In this document: piece after piece, positions 1-6,888 of the stretch | Position numbering within the stretch: the stretch's first letter is position 1 | How the letters are laid out: every line of letters begins with the position of its first letter | Origin: Halorhodospira halophila SL1 | GTDB lineage: Bacteria; Pseudomonadota; Gammaproteobacteria; Nitrococcales; Halorhodospiraceae | DNA length: 32,000 bases | Reading direction: 5' to 3' | Assembly: GCF_000015585.1 (NCBI RefSeq) | Contig: NC_008789.1 | Coordinates: 1,110,001-1,142,000, forward strand | Made by a program: the position numbers and the translations under genes | The notes under the pieces: model-generated | The model's database searches: none | Seen by the model: only the letters and a program-made list of their open reading frames with translations | What the model was told of the DNA's origin: nothing

Positions 1-2078
1 GCGGCCAGGGTCTCGGCCATGTACGCCTGGGAGAAGGCGCTGCCGATCTGACGCAGATAACGGGCGTAGGCGCGGAGCAGGGCCACCTCCCGCCAGTCCA
101 GACCGGCAGCCAGGACCAGGCGGTTGAAGCCGTCGCTCTCGGCCGCCTGCGCCCATACCGCCGCGAAGGCGTCGCGGAAGCGCTCGGCCACCGACTGGGT
201 ATCGAACCGGCCCGCCCCCTCCCAGGACAGGCCGAAGTCGTGAATCCAGCACACCGGGGCGTCGGCGGCTAGGACCTCGAAGGGCTGCTCATCGACCACC
301 CGCAGCCCCATGTGCTCGAGCACCGGCAGGGCGTCGGAGAGGCTGGCCGGCCGGGCCCCGTGGAAGAGCTTGAAGCGCAGCCCCCCGTCACCGGCCTCCA
401 GGGGGTGGTAGAGGACCATCTGCGGGCCCACCCCGGCGTTGACGCGCTCGACCCGCTCGACATCCTGGGCCGCCACACGGGTGGGCACCGTCTGCCGGTA
501 AGCCACCGGGAAGGCGTCGGCGTAGCGCTGCGCCAGGCGGCTCCCCTGCTCCTCGCCCAGGCGCTCCTGCAGGGCCTCCTGGAGGCCGTCCGCCCAGGAG
601 CGGACGGCCTCGGCCAGGCGCTGCTCCAGGGCCCGCAGGTTGACGTCGGGCACACCGGGCCCCGGCAGCGGCAGGATGAAACGGATCCGGGCCAGCAGCG
701 ACTCACCGAGCTGCACGCTGAAATCGCTCTCCGGCGCCCCCAGGGCCTGCTCCAGGCAACCCTGGATGCGCTGCCGGTTGGCGGTGTCGTAGCGCTCCCG
801 GGGGACGTAGACCAGGCAGGAGGCGAAGCGCTGCCAGGGGTCGTAGCGCACCAGCAGGCGCACCCGGGGGCGCTCGCGCAGGTGCAGCACAGCGCGGGCG
901 ATGCGCTCGAGTTCGTCGACGTCGATCTGAAACAGCTCGTCCCGGGGATAGGTCTCGAGGATGTTGAGCAGCGCCTTACCGGCGTGACTCTCCGGCGGGT
1001 AGCCGGCACGCTGGAGGACTGCCGCCACCTTGCGCCGCAGGAGCGGGATCTCCTGGGCACTGCGGTAGTAGGCTGCCGAGGTGTAGAGGCCGAGGAAGCG
1101 GTGCTCCCCCACCACCCGCCCCTGCTCGTCAAAGCGCTTGACCCCCAGGTAGTCCATGGGCCCGGGACGGTGTACCGGCGAGCGCGAATTGGACTGGGTG
1201 AGGATCAGCGGCTCGGGCTCCAGGGCACGCTGCTGCACCTCTGGCGGGAGGGCCGCGAAACGCACCGAGACGTCGGCCGGGGCGTCGCGCAGGATCCCGT
1301 ACGCCCCTTCCGGCTCCGGCACCAGGCAGAGACCGTCGTCGCCCTGGCAGAGGCGGTAGGCGCGGTAGCCGATGAACGTGAAGTGGTGCTCGGCGGCCCA
1401 GCGCAGGAAGGCGTCCACCTCGGCCCGCTCGGCGGCGGCCAGCGCCGGCGGCGGACGCTCCTGGAGCTCGTCGGCGGCGGCCAGGAGCCGGCTGCGCATG
1501 CATCGCCAGTCGTCCACCACGGTGGCCACGTCTGCGAGCACCGCCTGCAGTCGCTGCCGCAGGCGCTCGAGCTCCTCCGGGGCTGTGCGCCGATCGACCT
1601 CGAAGTGCATGAACGCCGTCAGCGGGGCGTCGGGATCGTCCACCGGATCGACGCCCTCGCCCTGCTCGCGCTGCCACACCGCCAGCACCGGATGGAACAG
1701 CCGGTGAATGGTCAGCCCCTGCTGCTGCAGGGCCATGGTCACAGAGTCGATCAGGAAGGCCCGGTCGTCGACCACCAGGTCAACCACTGTATGCCGGCTC
1801 TCCCAGCCGTGCTGCTCGGGATCCGGGTTGTAGACGTGGATGGCCGACTCGCCGGGCGAGCGACGGCCGGCCAGGCGCCAGTGGGCCACGGCCGCGCCGA
1901 AGAGGTCCTCGGGGGTCCGATCCTCCAGATCCTCGGCGGCCACTCGGGCGTGGTAGCGGACCAGGAACCGCCCCAGATCGTCCGCCTGCTGCTGGGGCCA
2001 GCGCTTGCCGATCAGGCCGAGCAGGTGTCGACGCGGGTCGTCGCTGCCGTCCTGCTGCCAGTCACCACCACCCGTCAT
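1..2078 (-). CDS. gdhB: NAD-specific glutamate dehydrogenase, large (about 1600 aa) bacterial type; N-terminal part, gene continues past the left edge
   Basis: Absent from the ORF track because it runs off the window. My minus-strand translation from ATG 2078 stays open to position 1. It reads MTGGGDWQQDGSDDPRRHLLGLIGKRW...IHVYNPDPEQHGWESRHTVVDLVVDDRAFLIDSVTMAL...HFTFIGYRAYRL...SNSRSPVHRPGPMDYLGVKRFDEQGRVVGEHRFLGLYTSAAY...LETYPRDELFQ. These blocks are typical of the N-terminal region of the Bac_GDH family. Confidence 0.85.
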   Translation of the reverse strand, partial: MTGGGDWQQDGSDDPRRHLLGLIGKRWPQQQADDLGRFLVRYHARVAAEDLEDRTPEDLFGAAVAHWRLAGRRSPGESAIHVYNPDPEQHGWESRHTVVDLVVDDRAFLIDSVTMALQQQGLTIHRLFHPVLAVWQREQGEGVDPVDDPDAPLTAFMHFEVDRRTAPEELERLRQRLQAVLADVATVVDDWRCMRSRLLAAADELQERPPPALAAAERAEVDAFLRWAAEHHFTFIGYRAYRLCQGDDGLCLVPEPEGAYGILRDAPADVSVRFAALPPEVQQRALEPEPLILTQSNSRSPVHRPGPMDYLGVKRFDEQGRVVGEHRFLGLYTSAAYYRSAQEIPLLRRKVAAVLQRAGYPPESHAGKALLNILETYPRDELFQIDVDELERIARAVLHLRERPRVRLLVRYDPWQRFASCLVYVPRERYDTANRQRIQGCLEQALGAPESDFSVQLGESLLARIRFILPLPGPGVPDVNLRALEQRLAEAVRSWADGLQEALQERLGEEQGSRLAQRYADAFPVAYRQTVPTRVAAQDVERVERVNAGVGPQMVLYHPLEAGDGGLRFKLFHGARPASLSDALPVLEHMGLRVVDEQPFEVLAADAPVCWIHDFGLSWEGAGRFDTQSVAERFRDAFAAVWAQAAESDGFNRLVLAAGLDWREVALLRAYARYLRQIGSAFSQAYMAETLA

Positions 2079-2103
2079 CGCCTACTCCCCCTGGTCGAGC
2101 CCC

Positions 2104-2120
2104 GCCCCGCTTCGCGGGGC
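2104..2120 (-). other. GC hairpin (7-bp stem gccccgc/gcggggc, 3-nt loop) downstream of ubiT; possible operon-end structure without a U-tract
   Basis: Read directly from the sequence. It lies 55 nt past the ubiT stop and 26 nt upstream of the gdh ATG. No T-run follows on the transcribed strand. Confidence 0.3.
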
Positions 2121-2174
2121 CGCCACTCCACTGTAGTGGTTCGGGGGGGAGCGCGGCCAGAGAGAGCCGGCCGG

Positions 2175-2639
2175 CTAGACCTTGACCCGGGCAGCCGCCG
2201 CTTCGAGGGCCCGGCACAGGGGGCCCGGCAGCCGATGACGGGGCTCGTAGCTCTCCAGGAGGTTCTTCACCGACAGCCCCAGGGCGACATCGCCCTCGAC
2301 GCTGAGCCGCCGCCGGAAGAAGAGCATGTCCGGGTCGGCCGCGCCACCGGCCAGCGCCAGGAAGGCAGCAGCGTCGCCGCGGATGGTGACATCCGCGCCG
2401 GCAGGGTCGGCCGTGGCCAGCCGTCCATCGCGGAGAGTGAAGCCATAGGCCAGCCGGGCATCGGTGACCTCCAGAGCCAGGGTCCGGTCGACCAGGATCT
2501 CCAGCTCACCGTCGGCCAGGGCGTCGGCCAGCACCTGCTGCAGCAGCGCCGGCACCACCGCGGCATTGACCGGCCCCGGCACGAAGCGCAGCGGCGTCAG
2601 CAGCAGCGGCAGGGCCTGATCGAATTGCGGTCTTTTCAT
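2175..2639 (-). CDS. ubiT: SCP2-domain ubiquinone biosynthesis accessory factor UbiT (YhbT family)
   Basis: Inner ATG (2639) of track ORF 2175..2876. The product MKRPQFDQALPLLLTPLRF...DGELEILVDR...DPDMLFFRRRLSVEGDVALGLSVKNLL parallels E. coli YhbT blocks (DGELEFL, DPDTLFFQRRLVIEGDTELGLYVKNL). It sits 5 nt downstream of ubiV. Confidence 0.88.
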   Translation of the reverse strand: MKRPQFDQALPLLLTPLRFVPGPVNAAVVPALLQQVLADALADGELEILVDRTLALEVTDARLAYGFTLRDGRLATADPAGADVTIRGDAAAFLALAGGAADPDMLFFRRRLSVEGDVALGLSVKNLLESYEPRHRLPGPLCRALEAAAARVKV

Positions 2640-2644
2640 CTGTA

Positions 2645-3547
2645 TCACTCCGCCATCCCCGTCTCGAGGGCCTTTCGGGTGTGTCCGGCATCGCCCCACC
2701 AGTAGCCATCGCACTGCTGCGCCGACTCCGGCTCGCGCAGCGTCACCGTTTCGCCGGCGATGGCGGAGCGGAATGCGGCCACGACCTGATCCATCGCCCC
2801 TGGACGCGGGGACAGGCGCACCGCGGTGACACCCATCTGCTGCATCTCCGGGACGGCCGGGAGCAGGTTGGCACACCCCCAGGACTGGGTCTGGATGCCG
2901 TTGATGACCAGGAACGGTTCACCGGCCCGCGTGGTGACTGGCAATCCCTCGGGATGGTGACCACAGACGAACCCGCAGTCGTCCTTGGGGCGATCGTAGT
3001 GACGGGCCGAGAAGCATCGGGCGGAGAAGGCCAGCGGCTGACGGCCGTAGGCGAACACCTCGGTCTCCATGGTCTCGCCACCGAGCTCCGTGAGTTCGCT
3101 CAGGACCCCGCGCAGGGACGCCCCGGGCAACTCCATCGGGGGAACCCAGCGCACCGCGCCGGCCCGCTGCATGGCGCGCAGGGCCCGTCCGCTGTAGAGG
3201 TTCAGGATCGGCCCCGCGACGAAGGGCAGGCGCCGGCGTTCAAGTTCGCTGACTGCGGTGAAGTCGTTGGCCTCGACCCGCAACTCGCCGTTGTCGCAAA
3301 GCCGCCGAACCACCGAGGCCTCTGAGCGCGCCTCGACCAGGCTCAGGGTGGAGAGCACCACCTCGTGGCCCTCCTCGGCCAGCTCGCGACCCAATCCGAT
3401 CCAGTCCTCGGGGCGCAGCTCGCGGCGGCGGCCGCAGACCGTCTCCCCCAGGTAGAAGGTATCGACCTGGCCGCGCAGCCCGTCGTAGAACTGCCGGATC
3501 TCGGCGGCCGGCCAGTGGTAGAGAATCGGCCCGATCGCGATCTTCAT
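2645..3547 (-). CDS. ubiV: U32-family O2-independent ubiquinone hydroxylation factor UbiV (YhbV)
   Basis: Track ORF, 300 aa, MKIAIGPILYHWP...LGETVCGRRRE...FSARCFSARHYDRPKDDCGFVCGHH. The four-Cys pattern matches the UbiV 4Fe-4S ligands. ATG start with an upstream GAGAGGG. Confidence 0.9.
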   Translation of the reverse strand: MKIAIGPILYHWPAAEIRQFYDGLRGQVDTFYLGETVCGRRRELRPEDWIGLGRELAEEGHEVVLSTLSLVEARSEASVVRRLCDNGELRVEANDFTAVSELERRRLPFVAGPILNLYSGRALRAMQRAGAVRWVPPMELPGASLRGVLSELTELGGETMETEVFAYGRQPLAFSARCFSARHYDRPKDDCGFVCGHHPEGLPVTTRAGEPFLVINGIQTQSWGCANLLPAVPEMQQMGVTAVRLSPRPGAMDQVVAAFRSAIAGETVTLREPESAQQCDGYWWGDAGHTRKALETGMAE

Positions 3548-3566
3548 CGGCTTGCCCTCTCGCCGG

Positions 3567-4562
3567 TCACTGCCAATTGCGCTCGTAGGGACCGAGGGTG
3601 GTGGTCGCCCCCTCGGAGAACTCTCGCAGGGCCGCCACCTGCGCCGGATCCGGGGTGTAGTCGCCCTCGGCCTCCGGGATACGGTCGATCAGCTGCCGCC
3701 AGATGCGCGTCACCTTGCCGACGTAGGCCGGGCTGCGCTGCCGCCCTTCGATCTTCACCGCGTGGATACCGGCCCGCTTGAGCCGGGGCAGCAACTCGGC
3801 GGTCTCGAGGCTGGTGGGCGACTCGAAGGCGTGCTCCAAGGCCCCCTCGACCTCGTAACGCCCTTTGCAGATGGTCGGGTAGCCCGCCGGCTCGTCCGGC
3901 GCAAAGCGATCGATCAACAACCCGCCCAGCCGCGCCTCGCGGCCCTCGGGGGTCTCCTGCCACTGCACGGCCCAGGCCGGCGAGCAGGCACCCACGGTGT
4001 TGGGCGACTCGCCGGTGGCGTAGGAGGAGAGCAGGCAGCGCCCTTCGGCCATGACACACAGGGAGCCGAAGCCGAAGACTTCAAGTTCGACGTCGGTGTC
4101 GCCCGCCAGCGCCTCGACCTGCTGGATGGAGAGCACGCGGGGCAGTACGGCACGGCTGACCCCGTAGCACCGTTTGTAGAAGTCGAGGGCCTCGGGGGTG
4201 GTGGCGGAGGCCTGGACGGAGAGGTGCAGGCCGAGATCCGGCCACTGCTCGGCGGTATATTCCAGTAGGCCCAGGTCGGCAACAATGACGGCGTCGGCGC
4301 CGATACGCGCCGCCTCGTCGATGGAACGCTGCCACTGCGACCAGCCGCCAGCCTGGACGTAGGAGTTGACGGCCACAAGGACCCGTACGCCCCGCTGGTG
4401 GGCGTATTCGACCCCGCGCGCGGCCTGCTCCGGGGTGAAGTTGAGGCCGGGGAAGTGGCGGGCATTGGTGGCGTCCCGGAAGCCGATGTAGACCGTATCG
4501 GCCCCGTTGTCCACGGCGGCGCGCAGGGCGGTCAGGTTACCGGCCGGGCAGAGCAGTTCCAT
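3567..4562 (-). CDS. ubiU: U32-family O2-independent ubiquinone hydroxylation factor UbiU (YhbU)
   Basis: Track ORF, 331 aa. MELLCPAGNLTALRAAVDNGADTVYIGFRDATNARHFPGLNFT is nearly colinear with the E. coli YhbU N-terminus. Four conserved Cys are present (SLCVMAEGRC...GACSP...TICKG). GGAGG RBS before the ATG. Confidence 0.93.
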   Translation of the reverse strand: MELLCPAGNLTALRAAVDNGADTVYIGFRDATNARHFPGLNFTPEQAARGVEYAHQRGVRVLVAVNSYVQAGGWSQWQRSIDEAARIGADAVIVADLGLLEYTAEQWPDLGLHLSVQASATTPEALDFYKRCYGVSRAVLPRVLSIQQVEALAGDTDVELEVFGFGSLCVMAEGRCLLSSYATGESPNTVGACSPAWAVQWQETPEGREARLGGLLIDRFAPDEPAGYPTICKGRYEVEGALEHAFESPTSLETAELLPRLKRAGIHAVKIEGRQRSPAYVGKVTRIWRQLIDRIPEAEGDYTPDPAQVAALREFSEGATTTLGPYERNWQ

Positions 4563-4712
4563 GGGTTCCTCCGTCGCTCACCGACTAACCGATGCATTCT
4601 AACCGATCGCCGGCCTGAGCGAAGCCTGCTGACCGCGGCTACCAGGCTGCCTGCCCTCAGCACGCTCCCCGCCCGGGGGGGGCCGCTAGCCAATCACCGA
4701 AACGACACGCCC

Positions 4713-4946
4713 CTCTGGTCCGGGGGTGCCCCGCTGGTGCAGCGTCATTGAGCGCGCCGAGCCGCGCAGCCGGCGCGGGGGGCAGTGCGAACCTTCACCG
4801 GTTCGCGCTGGTCAGCGAGGTTTTGTCCGAGCGGCGCGTCAGCGCCGCGAGTTAAGCGAGCGGACCCGCGCCGGTGAGCAGCGCAGGGGACCCCGTAGGG
4901 GCGCGCTCGTTCGACGCCGCACCAGCGGGGCACCCCCGGACCGGAG
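4713..4946. repeat. Roughly 234-bp palindromic intergenic element bounded by 24-bp perfect inverted repeats (MITE/REP-like element or a very large RNA hairpin/terminator)
   Basis: 4717..4740 (ggtccgggggtgccccgctggtgc) is the exact reverse complement of 4919..4942. Pairing continues outward to 4713/4946 with one t/g mismatch. Inward it continues as gcgtc/gacgc and gagcgcgcc/ggcgcgctc. Internal local hairpins are 4762-4778, 4787-4806 (gcgaacc/ggttcgc) and 4831-4848 (gcggcgc/gcgccgc). A 13-nt piece of the right arm (acgccgcaccagc, 4914..4926) recurs at 4959..4971. Confidence 0.8.
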
Positions 4947-5006
4947 ACGCTCACCACCACGCCGCACCAGCCCCGGCCCCCCCGCAATCGGGGCGACGAC
5001 GGGCGA

Positions 5007-6788
5007 CTACTTGCGCTTCTTCGGCGGTAGCAGGTCGGTGATGCTGCCGCTGGCCATCTCCGCCGCCATAGCCACCGTCTCGGAGAGCGTCGGGTGGGGA
5101 TGAACCGTCAGACCGATGTCGTGGGCGTCCGCCCCCATCTCCAGGGCCAGACCGATCTCGCCGATCAGATCGCCGGCGCCGGGGCCGACAATGCCGCCGC
5201 CGAGCACCCGCCCGGTCTCCGCATCGAAGAGGATCTTGGAAACACCGTCACTGGCATCCAGCGACAGCGCACGGCCATTGGCCGCCCACGGGAAGGCCCC
5301 CTTCTCGTAGGCCACCCCCTCGGCCTTCGCCTGCTCCTCGGTCAGCCCCACCCAGGCGACCTCCGGATCGGTGTAGGCCACCGACGGGATGGCCCGGGCG
5401 TCCCAGGCACTCTTCTCGCCGGCGATCACCTCGGCGGCCACCTTACCCTCGTGCACCGCCTTGTGCGCCAGCATGGGCTGGCCGACGATATCGCCCACGG
5501 CGTGAATATGCGGCACCGCGGTACGCATGTGCTCGTCCACGCTCAGGCACCCGTCCTCCCCCGGCGCCAGGCCGGCGGCCTCAACCCCGATCCGGTCACT
5601 GTTCGGGCGGCGGCCGACGGCCACCAGGATGCGATCGAAGCGGTCGCTCTCCGGCGCGTCCTGACCGTTCATGGTGACGGTCAGCGACTTCTTGTTGGCC
5701 TTGACCCCGGTCACCTCGGTGTTCAGGTGGATCGCCTCACAGCGTTTGGCCAGGCGCTTGCGCAGCACCTTGACCAGGTCCGGATCGGCTCCCGGCATGA
5801 GCCGGTCGGAGAGTTCGACAACGGTGACCTTGCTACCCAGCCCGGAGTAGACCGAGGCCATCTCCAGACCGATGATGCCGCCACCGACCACCAACAGCCG
5901 GTCCGGGATCTCCTCAAGCTTGAGCGCACCGGTGGAGTCCATCACCCGCGGATCGTCCACCGCCAGCGACGGCGGGATCGCCGGACGCGAGCCGGCCGCG
6001 ACGATGCAGTGCCGGAAGCTGATCGTGCGTGCGCCGTCGTCCCCCGACACGTGCAGGTGGTGGGCGTCGGCAAAGGCCGCTTCGCCGGTGACCACCTCGA
6101 CCTTGCGCTGCTTGGCGATCCCCGCCAGCCCCTGGGTCAGCTGCTTGATGATGCCGCGCTTCCAGTCGTTGAGCTGCTCCAGATCGATCTTCGGCTTGCC
6201 GAAGGCGATCCCGTGGGCAGCGAATTGATCGGCCTCGTCCACCACCTTGGCGGCGTGGAGCAGCGCCTTGGAGGGGATACACCCGACGTTGAGGCAGACG
6301 CCGCCGAGGACCGGGTAGCGATCCACCAGCACCACCTTCAGGCCCAGATCGGCGGCCCGAAAGGCGGCACTGTAGCCGCCCGGCCCCGCCCCCAGGACCA
6401 CCACGTCGCAGTCCGGGTCCTGCGGCGCGCCAGCAGCTGCCGCCGCCGGGGCTGGCGCGGTCGGCTCGACCGGACCCGGCGACGGCGCCTCGGCCGACTC
6501 GCCCGGGGGCGCCGCGCGCTCCTCGTTGCCACCTGCCGCGTCCGCCTCCGCCTCCGCCTCGAGGGTCAGGATGGGCGCCCCTTCGGAGACGGTGTCGCCC
6601 ACCGCCACATGGACCTCGCGGACCACGCCGGCGGCGGAGGCCGGCACCTCCATGCTCGCCTTGTCGGACTCCAGCGTGATCAGCGACTGTTCGGACTCGA
6701 TCCGATCCCCGGGGCCGACCAGCACCTCGATAACCTCTACGGCCTCGAAGCCGCCGATATCCGGTACCTTGACCTGTTGCTCAGCCAT
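5007..6788 (-). CDS. lpdA: Dihydrolipoyl dehydrogenase (E3) with an N-terminal lipoyl domain
   Basis: Track ORF 5007..6800 starts on TTG. I prefer ATG 6788 (MAEQQVKVPDIGG), which has GGAG 6 nt upstream. Lipoyl motif LESDKASMEVP, FAD fold DVVVLGAGPGGYSAAFRAADLG, redox disulfide GGVCLNVGCIPSK, C-terminal HAHPTLSE-like HPHPTLSE. Confidence 0.95.
   Translation of the reverse strand: MAEQQVKVPDIGGFEAVEVIEVLVGPGDRIESEQSLITLESDKASMEVPASAAGVVREVHVAVGDTVSEGAPILTLEAEAEADAAGGNEERAAPPGESAEAPSPGPVEPTAPAPAAAAAGAPQDPDCDVVVLGAGPGGYSAAFRAADLGLKVVLVDRYPVLGGVCLNVGCIPSKALLHAAKVVDEADQFAAHGIAFGKPKIDLEQLNDWKRGIIKQLTQGLAGIAKQRKVEVVTGEAAFADAHHLHVSGDDGARTISFRHCIVAAGSRPAIPPSLAVDDPRVMDSTGALKLEEIPDRLLVVGGGIIGLEMASVYSGLGSKVTVVELSDRLMPGADPDLVKVLRKRLAKRCEAIHLNTEVTGVKANKKSLTVTMNGQDAPESDRFDRILVAVGRRPNSDRIGVEAAGLAPGEDGCLSVDEHMRTAVPHIHAVGDIVGQPMLAHKAVHEGKVAAEVIAGEKSAWDARAIPSVAYTDPEVAWVGLTEEQAKAEGVAYEKGAFPWAANGRALSLDASDGVSKILFDAETGRVLGGGIVGPGAGDLIGEIGLALEMGADAHDIGLTVHPHPTLSETVAMAAEMASGSITDLLPPKKRK
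6561..6788 (-). repeat. Lipoyl-domain coding repeat, copy in lpdA (partner at 8032..8259)
   Basis: Hand alignment with 8032..8259 at a constant offset of 1471 nt. There are long identical runs, for example ggccggcacctccatgctcgccttgtcggactccag and gaagccgccgatatccggtacctt. Confidence 0.85.
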
Positions 6789-6814
6789 GCCGTGCTCCAA
6801 TCCTTACCGAGACC

Positions 6815-6869
6815 GCCGGCGCAGGGCGCCGGCCGTGGTTTGCGCGGGGGCGACCACCGGCCCCCGCGC
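6815..6869 (-). other. Two tandem GC hairpins in the aceF-lpdA spacer
   Basis: gccggcgc-agg-gcgccggc (6815..6833, 8-bp stem) and gcgcggggg-N10-cccccgcgc (6842..6869, 9-bp stem), read directly. No clear U-tract follows. Confidence 0.4.
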
Positions 6870-6888
6870 CCCCTGAGCGATTGCCTGC

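Noticed and set aside
269-1132. 287-aa minus-strand ORF (MTSRGGWWGSTASS...), plus the Arg-rich ORFs at 1129..1677 and 1372..1707.
   Set aside because: The 269..1132 ORF is in a different frame from the open NAD-GDH reading frame on the same strand. All three have Ser/Arg/Trp/Pro-rich composition with no motifs. The GDH frame gives family-typical blocks throughout.
4713-4946. Possibility that the palindromic element is a tRNA, a retron ncRNA, a CRISPR fragment or a small protein gene (ORFs 4726..5103 and 4745..4987).
   Set aside because: It has no cloverleaf and no reverse transcriptase or cas genes nearby. It is a single unit with no regular spacer-repeat array. The overlapping ORFs are Arg-rich and lack an RBS. 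It is kept only as an unclassified inverted-repeat element.
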